NCBI GenBank assembly: GCA_963721345.1
Contig: CAVRIT010000002.1
Span: forward strand, 16,885-80,884
Direction of reading: 5' to 3'
Origin: an uncultured Actinomycetes bacterium
GTDB taxonomy: Bacteria > Actinomycetota > Thermoleophilia > Gaiellales > Gaiellaceae
DNA length: 64,000 bases
Shown piece after piece: positions 1-9,237 of the stretch; position 1 is the stretch's first letter; each line of letters begins with the position of its first letter. The notes under the pieces are model-generated. The model was given only the letters and a program-made list of their open reading frames with translations. It made no database searches and was not told where the DNA came from. The position numbers were made by a program, and so were the translations under genes.

Positions 1-2232
1 CGCTACGACCTGCTCTTCGAGCGGTTCCTCAACCCGGGCCGGAAGTCCATGCCCGACATGGACATCGACTTCGCCGTCGCGGGCCGCGACCGGGTCATCA
101 ACTACGTGGCCGAGAAGTACGGCCGCGATCGCGTCGCCCAGATCATCACCTTCGGCACGATGCTCGCCCGGGCCGCGGTGCGCGACGCCGGCCGCGTGCT
201 GGAGATCCCGTACGGCACGGTCGACCGGATCGCGAAGCTGATCCCGGAAGGGCCGAAGGTCTACCTCGACGACTGCCTGAAGCCCGGCGCGGAGCTGAAG
301 CAGGCGTACGACGGAGATCCGCAGGTGCGCGAGATCGTCGATCTGGCCAAGCCGCTCGAGGGGTTGGTTCGCAACGACTCGATCCACGCGGCGGGCGTCG
401 TGATCGGCGACCGGCCGCTGACGGAGTACGTCCCGCTCCAGCAGAAGGGCGCCGACCAGGAGGTCGTCACGCAGTTCGGGATGTGGGACGTCGAGGCGCT
501 CGGGCTCCTGAAGATGGACTTCCTCGGCCTCCGCAACCTCGACGTGATCGAGAAGACGTACCAGCTGGTGGGCGGGCTGACGAACGAGAAGATCCCGCTC
601 GACGACAAGCAGACCTACGAGATGCTGGCGCGCGGCGACGCGATGGGCGTCTTCCAGTTCGAGTCGTCGGGGATGCGAGAGGCGCTGCGGCAGGTCAAGC
701 CGACCGAGTTCGAGGATCTGATCGCGCTCGTCGCTCTCTATCGCCCGGGCCCGATGGGCTACATCCCGGCCTACGCGAAGCGGAAGAACCGGCTCGAGTC
801 GGTGACGTTCATCGACGAGCGGCTGAAGCCGATCACCGAGCCCACCTACGGGATCGCGATCTACCAGGAGCAGTACATGGAGATCGCCAAGCAGCTCGCC
901 GGGTTCTCACCGGCGGAGGCGGACGATCTCCGCAAGGCGATCGGCAAGAAGATCCATTCGCTGATGGCGTCCCTGAAGGAGAAGTTCCTCGAGGGGTGCG
1001 CTGCGAACGGCGTCTCGCACCAGGTCGCGACGCAGCTCTGGAAGGACACGGAGCAGTCCCAGGACTACTCCTTCAACAAGTCCCACGCCGCGTGCTACGC
1101 GCTGATCGCCTACCGCACGGCCTGGCTGAAGGCGAACTACCCCTGCCAGTACATGGCCGCGCTGATCTCGTCCGTGATGAACACGAAGGACCGCGTTCCG
1201 CTGTACGTGAACGCCTGCGCCGAGATGGGGATCGAGGTCGAGCCACCCGACGTGAACATGTCCCAGACGGACTTCGCCGTCGTGGAGGGAAAGATCCGCT
1301 TCGGGCTCAATGCGGTGAAGAACGTCGGCGAGGGAGCGGCGGCGGCGATCGTCGCGGCGCGCGGCCAGGGTGAGCGGTTCGCCTCGCTGTGGGAGCTGAC
1401 GGAGCGCGTCCCGACGACGGTCGTGAACAAGCGAGCGCTCGAGTCGCTGATCATGTGCGGCGCGCTGGACTCGACCGGCGCTTCGCGGAAAGGGATGCTC
1501 GAAGCACTCGACGCGGCGCTCGGTTCGGGCGCGCGGCGACAGGAGGATCTCTTCTTCGGGCAGGAGTCGATGTTCGAGGTCGAGCACCCGCCGATCACCG
1601 GCGGGGAATACGAGAAGAACGAGCTGCTGCGCCTCGAGAAGGAGTCGCTGGGGCTGTACGTCTCCGAGCACCCGCTGCATGCGATCAAGGAGCAGCTGGG
1701 GCGCAAGACGGACTGCCGGCTGGCGGACGTGCCGCTGCGGCGAGACGGCGAGATCGTGATGGTCGGCGGGATCGTCGGCGCGCTGCGGCAGTTGACCACC
1801 CGCAAGGGTGATCCGATGGTCTTCGCGCGGCTCGACGACCTGACGGGGAGCGCCGAGTGCGTCGTCTTCAACTCGGTCTACGTCCACTCGCGGGAGCTGA
1901 TCGCCGTCGACGAGATCCTCGTCGTCAAGGCGCGGATCGACCACAAGGAGGGTGAGACGAAGCTGATCGCGATGGAGGTCACGCCGTTCGAGGCCGCACA
2001 GGAGGCGAAGGAAGTACGGCTGCGCGTCGACGCGCTGAAGGCGGAGGCCGGCCTGGTGGGCGAGCTCGCGCGGCTCGTGAAGGACTTTCCGGGCGAGGTG
2101 CCGGTCGTCCTCAACGTGGACACGTCGCTCGGCCCGAAGGTGCTGGAGCTCGGGCCGGGCTATCGGGTGAAGCCGAGCGCCGCCTTCTTCGGCGAGGTCA
2201 AGGCGCTGCTCGGCGAGGCCGCAGTCGCGTAG
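1..2232 (+). CDS. dnaE: DNA polymerase III alpha subunit, C-terminal ~743 aa (5' end outside window)
   Basis: Frame 1 is open from nt 1. Motifs MDFLGLRNLDVIEKT, ALYRPGPM, YQEQYMEIA and FNKSHAACYALIAYRTAWLKANYP, plus an OB-fold-like tail. Confidence 0.95.
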   Translation, partial: RYDLLFERFLNPGRKSMPDMDIDFAVAGRDRVINYVAEKYGRDRVAQIITFGTMLARAAVRDAGRVLEIPYGTVDRIAKLIPEGPKVYLDDCLKPGAELKQAYDGDPQVREIVDLAKPLEGLVRNDSIHAAGVVIGDRPLTEYVPLQQKGADQEVVTQFGMWDVEALGLLKMDFLGLRNLDVIEKTYQLVGGLTNEKIPLDDKQTYEMLARGDAMGVFQFESSGMREALRQVKPTEFEDLIALVALYRPGPMGYIPAYAKRKNRLESVTFIDERLKPITEPTYGIAIYQEQYMEIAKQLAGFSPAEADDLRKAIGKKIHSLMASLKEKFLEGCAANGVSHQVATQLWKDTEQSQDYSFNKSHAACYALIAYRTAWLKANYPCQYMAALISSVMNTKDRVPLYVNACAEMGIEVEPPDVNMSQTDFAVVEGKIRFGLNAVKNVGEGAAAAIVAARGQGERFASLWELTERVPTTVVNKRALESLIMCGALDSTGASRKGMLEALDAALGSGARRQEDLFFGQESMFEVEHPPITGGEYEKNELLRLEKESLGLYVSEHPLHAIKEQLGRKTDCRLADVPLRRDGEIVMVGGIVGALRQLTTRKGDPMVFARLDDLTGSAECVVFNSVYVHSRELIAVDEILVVKARIDHKEGETKLIAMEVTPFEAAQEAKEVRLRVDALKAEAGLVGELARLVKDFPGEVPVVLNVDTSLGPKVLELGPGYRVKPSAAFFGEVKALLGEAAVA

Positions 2233-2260
2233 GGCCCTTCTCGCCTGCCTTCTCGCCGTC

Positions 2261-2737
2261 ATGGCCGGCTGTGGGGGCAGCGAGCCCGAGTCGTTCTCGG
2301 GGCGTGTCGCCTCGGTCTCCGACGGAGACACGATTCGTCTCGCCGACGGAACGCGTGTCCGGCTCGTGCAGATCGACGCCCCGGAGCCGGCGCAGGGCGA
2401 GTGCTTCGGCCGGGAGGCGGGCGCGTCGTTGCGGCGCGTGCTTCCGCCCGGAACCGAGGTGCGCGTGGCCTACGACGAGGAGCTCGATCGCGAAGACAGG
2501 TTCGGTCGAGCGCTCGGCTACGTCTTCGTCGGCGACCTCAACGTCAACGGCACGCTCGTGGAGATCGGCGCAGCGGCGCCCTACTTCTTCGACGGTGAGC
2601 GTGGGCTCTACGCGGACGACCTGCTCGAGGCTGCGACTCGCGCGAAGGCCGAGCGCCGCGGGCTCTGGGGCGCCTGTCCCAGGGCCAGGCTGCAGCCGGA
2701 CCGTCCGATCGAGGCGGGACCCGCCCGCCGGGACTGA
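2261..2737 (+). CDS. Staphylococcal-nuclease (SNase/thermonuclease)-like lipoprotein
   Basis: N-terminus MAGCGGS (lipobox-like). SNase-fold pattern GDTIRLADGTRVRLVQIDAPE ... GRALGYVFVGDLNVNGTLVEIGAA. Confidence 0.8.
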   Translation: MAGCGGSEPESFSGRVASVSDGDTIRLADGTRVRLVQIDAPEPAQGECFGREAGASLRRVLPPGTEVRVAYDEELDREDRFGRALGYVFVGDLNVNGTLVEIGAAAPYFFDGERGLYADDLLEAATRAKAERRGLWGACPRARLQPDRPIEAGPARRD

Positions 2738-2749
2738 GATACTCGCCGC

Positions 2750-3121
2750 ATGATGCGGCGATTCATCGTCGGCCTGCTGGTCGGCTGGGGCGTGAACGTC
2801 ATCGCCCTGATCCTCGTCGACTCGATCTTCGGCGACGACGTCGAGATCGCGCGCTGGGGGCCGCTACTGCTCGGCGCTGCCGTTCTGGGGATCGCGAACG
2901 CGATCGTGAAGCCGATCCTGACGCTCCTCACCTTGCCGCTCGTCCTGATCACGCTCGGTCTGTCCTACTTCGCGATCAACGTCCTCATGCTCGCGCTCGC
3001 CGAGTGGATCGCACCCGACTTCTCGATCGACGGCTTCTGGACGTACATCGGCGCGACGATCGTCGTCTGGTTTGTGAACTGGATCCTGAGCATGATCCTG
3101 GACCGCGTCGCCGGCGAGTAG
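2750..3121 (+). CDS. YvlD/DUF360 (phage-holin-4_2 superfamily) 4-TM membrane protein
   Basis: Four hydrophobic segments. The core VKPILTLLTLPLVLITLGLSYFAINVLMLALAEW aligns with B. subtilis YvlD-type proteins. Confidence 0.75.
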   Translation: MMRRFIVGLLVGWGVNVIALILVDSIFGDDVEIARWGPLLLGAAVLGIANAIVKPILTLLTLPLVLITLGLSYFAINVLMLALAEWIAPDFSIDGFWTYIGATIVVWFVNWILSMILDRVAGE

Positions 3122-3655
3122 CCGCCGCCGGATCGCCTTCAACCAGCTCCGCCTGATCGCGCCGCTTCCGAGTCTGATCAGCAACCAGTAGCGACGGAAC
3201 TTGCGCCTCGCGCGTTGGTCGGTCCCGACGACCCGCGTCTCCGTGGTGATCCGGGTCCCGCCGCGCTCTGCCTCGACCCGGAAGTTCATCGCCGCCTTCG
3301 CGTAGCCGGGCTCGGCGAAGGCGGCGAAGCTCTCGACGACCTGCGGGCGATTCCGGAACGGGCTCCAGAAGCGGCCGATCGCGCCGACCACGATCTCCTC
3401 GCCGGCTCGCTCGCCGAGCGGCATGAACCCCGCGTTCTCCAGCTCGCTGAGTAGTGGCAGATCGGGATCGAACGCACGCCGGGACCGCCCGAAGGTCCGG
3501 AGTCGCATCAACGGCCCGAACAGCCGCACCTCACGCGCCGAGACGGCCCGGAGAGCCTCGTACGCGCCGCCAGGCGGTGCGGCCACCCATAGCGAGTGGA
3601 CTTCGCGCGCGTCGTACCTGGGCATCAACTGTTCTAGAAGCGTTCGAGCAGCCAC
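2864..3655 (-). CDS. SRPBCC/DUF2867-like hypothetical protein; 3' end uncertain
   Basis: Coding-like composition for about the first 185 codons (MAARTLLEQLMPRYDAREVH ... WLKAIRRRL). The remaining ~80 codons are the antisense of the 2750..3121 gene and look non-coding. No stop occurs in any minus frame until 2864. Confidence 0.55.
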   Translation of the reverse strand: MAARTLLEQLMPRYDAREVHSLWVAAPPGGAYEALRAVSAREVRLFGPLMRLRTFGRSRRAFDPDLPLLSELENAGFMPLGERAGEEIVVGAIGRFWSPFRNRPQVVESFAAFAEPGYAKAAMNFRVEAERGGTRITTETRVVGTDQRARRKFRRYWLLIRLGSGAIRRSWLKAIRRRLLAGDAVQDHAQDPVHKPDDDRRADVRPEAVDREVGCDPLGEREHEDVDREVGQTERDQDERQGEERQDRLHDRVRDPQNGSAEQ

Positions 3656-3735
3656 TCGTCAACCTCGGCGCCGCCTTCGCGGACCAGAAGTGTGCGGCCG
3701 TCCGGCGTCGTGACCGAACGCATCGACGCAGTCTA

Positions 3736-3762
3736 GGAACCCCTGTTGCTCCACCGGTGTAG
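3736..3762 (+). promoter_or_regulatory. Possible ECF-type autoregulated promoter (GGAAC -35 element)
   Basis: GGAAC at 3736-3740, followed 16 nt later by GTGTA, just upstream of the ECF sigma start at 3771. The -10 does not match the classical CGTC well. Confidence 0.25.
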
Positions 3763-3770
3763 AAGGGACA

Positions 3771-4331
3771 GTGGTGGGCCGACCACTGCCCGAAGCGGAA
3801 CTCGTCGAACGCGCGAGGCGCGGTGATCAGGACGCCTATGGAGAACTCGTGCACGCATACCAAGGGATCGCTTTCCGGACCGCCTACCTCTTGACGGGGA
3901 ACGCGGCGGACGCGGAGGACGCGGCGCAGGAGGCCTTCGTCAAGGCGTTCTACGCGCTCGGCCGTTTCCGCCGCGGCGCCGAGCTCCGACCGTGGCTGCT
4001 GCGGATCGTCGCCAACGAGGCGCGGAATCGCCGCCGCTCGGCCGGCCGGCGCGGACACCTCGCGCTGCGCGCCGCCGCGGCAACTCCCTCGGGGGGCGCG
4101 GCCCCGTCCCCCGAGTCCTCTGTGGTCGCCGCGGAGCAGAGCGAGTCGCTGCTTGCGGCGCTCGAATCGCTCCGCGAGGAGGAACGCGACGTCGTGGCGT
4201 GCCGCTACCTGCTCGACCTCTCGGAGGAGGAGACGGCCGAGACGCTCGGTCTGCGCAAGGGCACGGTGAAGTCGCGGCTCTCACGTGCGCTCGACCACCT
4301 GCGAGAACGGATGGAGGGAACGGATGTCTGA
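3771..4331 (+). CDS. ECF-family RNA polymerase sigma-70 factor
   Basis: Region 2 (AFRTAYLLTGNAADAEDAAQEAFVKAF ... LRPWLLRIVANEARNRRR) and region 4 (EERDVVACRYLLDLSEEETAETLGLRKGTVKSRLSRAL). Confidence 0.92.
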   Translation: MVGRPLPEAELVERARRGDQDAYGELVHAYQGIAFRTAYLLTGNAADAEDAAQEAFVKAFYALGRFRRGAELRPWLLRIVANEARNRRRSAGRRGHLALRAAAATPSGGAAPSPESSVVAAEQSESLLAALESLREEERDVVACRYLLDLSEEETAETLGLRKGTVKSRLSRALDHLRERMEGTDV

Positions 4332-5031
4332 GCTCGAGCTCGCACTGAACAGGCTCGGCCGGGAGCTCGACTACCCGAACGCGCCGGATCTCACCGGCGC
4401 GGTGCGGAGGCGGCTCGCGGAAGGTCGGCGGCCACGCGCGTCCTGGCGCCGCCCGCTGGTGATCGTGCTCGCCGCGCTGCTGGTCGTCGTCGGGGCGCTG
4501 ATGGTCGTCCCGCAGTCCCGGAGCGAGATCCTCGACTGGCTGGGGATCGGCGCCGGCACGCTGCGCTACGTCGACGAGCTGCCGAAGACGGAGAAGGCGC
4601 GGGAGGACCTTGCGCTCGGCGAGCGGATGAGCCTCGAGGGGGCGCGCGAGCTCTCGGACTTCGCGATCCGCGTCCCGAGCCTCGACGGCCTCGAGGACCC
4701 CGAGGTCTACCGCGGCTTCGTGGGCCAGGTGTCGTTCCTCTACGGGTCGGAGCGCGAGCCGCGGCTCCTGATCACGCAACTCCTCGGCCACGGCGCGTTC
4801 GAGAAGCTGCTCAGCACGGGGACGGAAGTCGAGGTCGTCACCGAGGAAGATGCGCAGGGCGCGTGGCTCGAGGGGCAGGAGCACGTGCTCTTCTTCCCGG
4901 ATGCCGGTCCGGAAGCGCCTCGGCTCGTCGGCAACACGCTGCTGCTCCAGCGCGACGACGGCGCGACGGTGCGCATCGAGGCGGACATCCCGAAGCGCGA
5001 GGCGCTGAAGATCTACCGCTCGATGCGGTGA
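4324..5031 (+). CDS. Putative membrane-anchored anti-sigma factor
   Basis: ATG at 4324 overlaps the sigma stop (ATGTCTGA). Short cytoplasmic N-terminus, one TM helix (LVIVLAALLVVVGALMVV) and an extracytoplasmic domain. The position is typical for an ECF partner. Confidence 0.65.
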   Translation: MSELELALNRLGRELDYPNAPDLTGAVRRRLAEGRRPRASWRRPLVIVLAALLVVVGALMVVPQSRSEILDWLGIGAGTLRYVDELPKTEKAREDLALGERMSLEGARELSDFAIRVPSLDGLEDPEVYRGFVGQVSFLYGSEREPRLLITQLLGHGAFEKLLSTGTEVEVVTEEDAQGAWLEGQEHVLFFPDAGPEAPRLVGNTLLLQRDDGATVRIEADIPKREALKIYRSMR

Positions 5032-5092
5032 GGACCCGGAACCCGAAGCGCTCCGTAGGTGTAAAGGCGAAAACCCCTCGAGGAGGTTGCAG

Positions 5093-5596
5093 ATGAGAAA
5101 GCTCCTGATCGGACTCGCAGTCGCCGCTCTCGCGCTGCCCGCGACGGCCGCGGCGGGCGGGTGGGCGACCGCGGGCGTCCAGCCGCCGGACGGCGGCGTC
5201 GGCGCCGGCGACACCTGGAACGCGAAGGTGACGATCCTTCAGCACGGGAATCCGGAAACGCCGCTGATGGGCGTCGTCCCGACCCTGACGATCAAGCAGG
5301 GCTCGACGATGAAGACCTTCAAGGGCACGACCACCGGCCTGGACGGCGTCTCGACGATCAAGGTCGTCTTCCCGAGCGGCGGGTCGTGGAACTACGAGGT
5401 CTACGACGGCTTCGGCACCTACGGCGGCGCCCAGACGCACGCCTTCCCCGCCGTCACGATCGGCGCGGGAAGCGGCGGTTTCGGCCTGCCGACGGTGACG
5501 ATCGCTGCGCTGCTGCTTGCGGCGATGGGCATCGGGTTCGCGCTGTGGCTGCTCTCGCGGCGGCTCCGCGTCCGCGCGCCGGCACCCACGCACTAG
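5093..5596 (+). CDS. Secreted hypothetical protein with C-terminal membrane anchor
   Basis: AGGAGG lies 6 nt upstream of the ATG at 5093. Signal peptide MRKLLIGLAVAALALPATAAA and C-terminal TM TIAALLLAAMGIGFALWLL followed by RRLR. Confidence 0.7.
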   Translation: MRKLLIGLAVAALALPATAAAGGWATAGVQPPDGGVGAGDTWNAKVTILQHGNPETPLMGVVPTLTIKQGSTMKTFKGTTTGLDGVSTIKVVFPSGGSWNYEVYDGFGTYGGAQTHAFPAVTIGAGSGGFGLPTVTIAALLLAAMGIGFALWLLSRRLRVRAPAPTH

Positions 5597-5896
5597 TGCC
5601 CCGTCCAGCAGTACATGCCGGCTTCTGGCCCGCGATCACGCGGCGCGAGAGCCCGCCCTGCTCCTCACCAAGGCTGTCCAGCCTTGGCTCGTCGCAGTGC
5701 GGACTCTCGCTTGGTGCTCGCGACCCAGAAACTCGGCGCCACTACTAGACGGGGCACCATCGCATCCAGGGGCGGCTCCTCCGGGGCCGCCCCGGATCCT
5801 TACGAAATCTCCTGGTCAACTCCCCAAAAGGGGGAGAACAGAGCGTTGTCGAGGGCCGTTAATGAGGGAGTACTGCGGCGACCCGGAGGTAACGCG

Positions 5897-6100
5897 ATGG
5901 GCGAGACAGAAGTTCACGTTCTCGAAGACACGGAGCAGCAACTGATCGAGCTCTGGCGGAGCGAGGAGCTCCAGCGCGCCGGCTACGGCCACCGCGCTGC
6001 CGAGCGGCTTGCTGCCCGCCAGGACATCGATTTGCACCAGGCGGTCCAGCTGCTCGAGCGCGGATGCACGCCTGAGCTCGCGCTCAAGATCCTCCTGTAG
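5897..6100 (+). CDS. Small hypothetical protein (67 aa)
   Basis: GGAGGT ends 6 nt upstream of the ATG at 5897 (six intervening nt). High GC3. The C-terminal motif LHQAVQLLERGCTPELALKILL resembles small conserved actinobacterial proteins (from memory, not verified). Confidence 0.5.
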   Translation: MGETEVHVLEDTEQQLIELWRSEELQRAGYGHRAAERLAARQDIDLHQAVQLLERGCTPELALKILL

Positions 6101-6127
6101 CGCCACGGCGCACGCGGGATCGGCAGA

Positions 6128-7021
6128 ATGCCGCGCGTGATCGCGTCTATCCCCTCGCCCGAGAACGGCTTCTTCGAAGTCGGTCCCGTGACGATCCACA
6201 TGTACGGGCTCACGCTCCTGCTGGCGATCGCCGTCTGCATCGTCGTCACTGGGCTGCGGTGGACGAAGAAGCCGGGCGCGGACGGCGGCGACTGGGACCT
6301 GCTGCTCCGAATCTCCGTATGGGGCGTGGCGGCCGGCATCGTCGGCGCTCGCCTCTACCACGTGATCACGAGCTGGGACGAGGTGCCCGACCCGAAGTGG
6401 CAGGGCGTCTTCATGGTCTGGAAGGGCGGCCTCGGCGTCTGGGGCGGGATTCTCCTCGGGACGCTCGTCGGCGCCATTGTCGCGAAGCGCGCCGGGAAGA
6501 ACCCGTACTCGCTGATGGACGCTGCCGCGCCGGGTCTCTTGCTCGCGCACGGGGTCGGGCGCTTCGGCAACTGGTGGAACCAGGAGCTCTTCGGGAAGCC
6601 GACCGACCGCGCCTGGGGTCTCGAGATCTCGCCGGAGAAGCGTCCGCTCGACTATCCCGACACCGAGCTCTTCCACCCGACGTTCCTCTACGAGTTCATC
6701 TACGTCACGCTCGCTGCGGTGCTCCTGCTCGTGCTCGACCGGTTCTACCGGTTCAAGCCGCCGGCGCTCTTCGCGCTCTACGTGATGCTCTACACGTTCG
6801 GCCGGTTCTTCGAGGAGCTGCTGCGGATCGACCCGTCGCACGAGCTCGGGCCGTTCCGGCTGAACGCGTGGGTGTCGATCGTCGTCTTCATCCTGGCGAC
6901 CGCGTTCTTCATCTGGTGGCAGTTCCTGCGCCGCGAGGGCCCGCGTCCCGAGCGGTCGCGCGAGGTGAAGCCGCCCGAGGGGCCGTCGATGGCGATCCCG
7001 AAGGGCCGCGTCCGGCACTAG
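6128..7021 (+). CDS. lgt: Prolipoprotein diacylglyceryl transferase
   Basis: Motifs GARLYHVITSW, GGLGVWGGILLG, GRFGNWWNQELFGKPTD and HPTFLYEFIY. Confidence 0.93.
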   Translation: MPRVIASIPSPENGFFEVGPVTIHMYGLTLLLAIAVCIVVTGLRWTKKPGADGGDWDLLLRISVWGVAAGIVGARLYHVITSWDEVPDPKWQGVFMVWKGGLGVWGGILLGTLVGAIVAKRAGKNPYSLMDAAAPGLLLAHGVGRFGNWWNQELFGKPTDRAWGLEISPEKRPLDYPDTELFHPTFLYEFIYVTLAAVLLLVLDRFYRFKPPALFALYVMLYTFGRFFEELLRIDPSHELGPFRLNAWVSIVVFILATAFFIWWQFLRREGPRPERSREVKPPEGPSMAIPKGRVRH

Positions 7022-7031
7022 CGCTAGGTTC

Positions 7032-7808
7032 TTGCGGGTGCCGGTGCCCGTGCGCGAGCTCGACCTGGACCTCGAGGCCTTCGAGGGTCCGTTCGACCTG
7101 CTCCTCGCCCTCGTCCTGCGGGAGGAGCTCGATCTGGGGGAGGTCGACGTCGCGGGCGTGGTGCTCGCGTTCGTCGAGCATCTCGCAGAGCGGGACCAGC
7201 TCGACCTCGACGCGTGCGGCGAGTTCCTCGTGCTCGTCGCCTCGCTGCTCGAGCTGAAGGCGCGCGCGCTGCTGTCCGGCGACGAGACGGATCTGGAGGA
7301 TTTGGATCCGGCGCTGGCCGCGGAGGAGCTCGCGCAGCGGCTCGCGGAGTACCGGCGGATCAAGGAAGCCGCCGGCTGGCTCGCGGAGCGTCTGGAAGCC
7401 GAGCGAGGACGATTCTTCCGGCTCGGTCCCGCGCCGCTCGCGCCGCAGCCGGAGCGGCGGCTCGCGCCACAGGATCCGGCGCTGCTGGCCGGGGCGCTGC
7501 GCGCATTGACGGCGGAGCCGCCCGCCGTGTCGCTGGCGCATCTCGAGCTTCGTTTCCCGCCGGTCGAGCAGTTCCTCGGGCGCTTCCGCTCGCTGCTCGC
7601 CCGGCGGACGCGCTTCGACTTCGACACCGAGGTTGAGGGGATGACGCGCGTCGAGCAGGCGGTCGCGTTCCTCGCACTGCTGGAGCTGCGCAAGGCCGGC
7701 GAGATCGAGCTTTCCCAGGCCGCGCCGTTCGCCCCGATCCGGGTGCAGAGGAACGAGGCGGCAGAGACGGAAAGGAGAGATCCATGGACGAACGCCCGCT
7801 CCGCCTAG
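7032..7808 (+). CDS. scpA: Segregation and condensation protein A
   Basis: N-terminal LDLEAFEGPFDLLLALVLREELDLGEVDV; TTG start; adjacent to scpB. Confidence 0.9.
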   Translation: MRVPVPVRELDLDLEAFEGPFDLLLALVLREELDLGEVDVAGVVLAFVEHLAERDQLDLDACGEFLVLVASLLELKARALLSGDETDLEDLDPALAAEELAQRLAEYRRIKEAAGWLAERLEAERGRFFRLGPAPLAPQPERRLAPQDPALLAGALRALTAEPPAVSLAHLELRFPPVEQFLGRFRSLLARRTRFDFDTEVEGMTRVEQAVAFLALLELRKAGEIELSQAAPFAPIRVQRNEAAETERRDPWTNARSA

Positions 7809-8386
7809 TCGCGGCCAACCCACTCGACCGTCTCGCCCGCACGCTCGAGGCGCTGCTCGTCGTGGCGTCGCAGCCGCTGTCCCTCGAGGAGCTTTCGGAG
7901 GCGGCCGGGGAGGACGCCGAGCGCGTCGAGACGGCTCTCGGCCTGCTCGGAGAGCGGTTCCGCGAGGGCCGAAGCGGGATCGTCCTGGAGCGGGTCGCCG
8001 GAGGATGGGCCTTTCGGGCGGCACGCGAGGCCGCGGAGGCTTGCGGGCGGCTGTTCGAGCGGCCGGTGGAGCGCGGGCTGTCGGGGGCGGCGCTGGAGAC
8101 GCTGGCGGTGATCGCGTACCTCGGCCCCTGTTCCCGGCCGGAGGTCGCGCGGCTACGCGGCGTGGCGGCGGACTCGGTGGTCGCAGGCCTGGTCGAGCGC
8201 GGGCTGATCGCAGAGGCCGGACGCGACCAGACGTTGGGCGCGGTGCGCTACGCGGTGACGCCGCTCTTCGAGCGCGTGTTCGGCCTGGAGACGCTGTCCG
8301 AGCTCCCGCGGCTGGACGATCTGGGCGGCGGCGCGGAAGAGATCCGCGGGCGGCTCGAGGCGCTGGCCGAGAAGCGTCCCGCCTAG
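7784..8386 (+). CDS. scpB: Segregation and condensation protein B
   Basis: AAAGGAGAG RBS before the ATG at 7784. LEALLVVASQPLSLEELSE and winged-helix repeats. Confidence 0.9.
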   Translation: MDERPLRLVAANPLDRLARTLEALLVVASQPLSLEELSEAAGEDAERVETALGLLGERFREGRSGIVLERVAGGWAFRAAREAAEACGRLFERPVERGLSGAALETLAVIAYLGPCSRPEVARLRGVAADSVVAGLVERGLIAEAGRDQTLGAVRYAVTPLFERVFGLETLSELPRLDDLGGGAEEIRGRLEALAEKRPA

Positions 8387-9237
8387 GCCAGCTCGCCGAG
8401 CGCCGCGACCACGTCCAGGTCGTCGTGGACGACGTGCTGGAGCATCATCCCGTCGACTCCGGCTGCCTCGAACTCCTTCAGCCCCGCGGCGAGGTCTCCG
8501 GCCAGGCCGCGTCTGCCGAGGTCTTCGTACAGGCGCTCTGCGGGCCCTGCCCCAGGGTAGACCTCGACGAAGCGGCGCGCATGGTCGCGGTCGAGCACGA
8601 AGGGGTTCATCACCGAGAAGCGCATCGTGGCGGGGTCGCGACTCTCGGCCTCGCAGGCTTGGTGGACGCGCTGACGGCGCCGAGCGGCCTCCGCCGGGTC
8701 GACGCCGTAGGTGTTGTACTCGTCGGCGAAGCGGACGGCGGGCGTCGTCGTGCCGCGGCGGGCGGAGCCGCCGACGATCAGCGGCGGCCTCGGACGCTGG
8801 ACGCTGAGCGGCCCGTCGCGGAGGAGCCGGTCGACGTGCTCGACCTGCTCGGCGAGCATCCGGATCCGCTCGCTCGTCTCGGGAAACGGCAGCGAGAAGA
8901 ACTCGTGCTCCTCGTCCATCCAGCCCGCGCCGATCCCGATCTCCACGCGGCCGTTCGAGATGTGGTCCACGGTCGCCGCGGCCTTCGCGAGGACGGCGGA
9001 ATGGCGGAAGGTAACGGGCGAGACGAGGGTGCCGAGGCGGAGCTTCTCGGTGCGGGCTGCGAGCGCGCCGAGCAGCGTCCACGCGTCTGTGGCCGGCCGG
9101 GACGGGTCCGTCTGGGACAGGTAGTGGTCGGAGCGGAACATGGCCTCGATGCCATGCCGCTCGCAGGCATCGGCGAGCGCCAGCCATTGGCCCCAGGAGA
9201 CGCCCTCCTGGCCCTCGACCATCAGGGCGATGCGCAC
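8383..9237 (-). CDS. Luciferase-like (LLM class, probably F420-dependent) oxidoreductase
   Basis: MRIALMVEGQEGVSW ... FRSDHY ... LGTLVSPVTFRHSAVLAKAAATVDHISNGRVEIGIGAGW. Confidence 0.85.
   Translation of the reverse strand: MRIALMVEGQEGVSWGQWLALADACERHGIEAMFRSDHYLSQTDPSRPATDAWTLLGALAARTEKLRLGTLVSPVTFRHSAVLAKAAATVDHISNGRVEIGIGAGWMDEEHEFFSLPFPETSERIRMLAEQVEHVDRLLRDGPLSVQRPRPPLIVGGSARRGTTTPAVRFADEYNTYGVDPAEAARRRQRVHQACEAESRDPATMRFSVMNPFVLDRDHARRFVEVYPGAGPAERLYEDLGRRGLAGDLAAGLKEFEAAGVDGMMLQHVVHDDLDVVAALGELA

Noticed and set aside
907-2331. Long antisense or out-of-frame ORFs throughout the track, for example 907..2331(-), 5816..7693(-), 28056..30446(-), 38704..40728(-), 43527..44684(-), 60269..62803(-) and 30070..32253(+).
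   Set aside because: They are Arg/Pro/Gly/Ala-rich with no domain signatures, and each mirrors a well-supported gene on the other strand or in another frame. This is the expected stop-codon-poor artefact of a ~70% GC genome.
2750-3121. A 'phage holin' family gene as a sign of a prophage.
   Set aside because: It is a single YvlD/DUF360-type membrane protein with housekeeping neighbours. There are no integrase, terminase, capsid or att-like repeats and no compositional shift.
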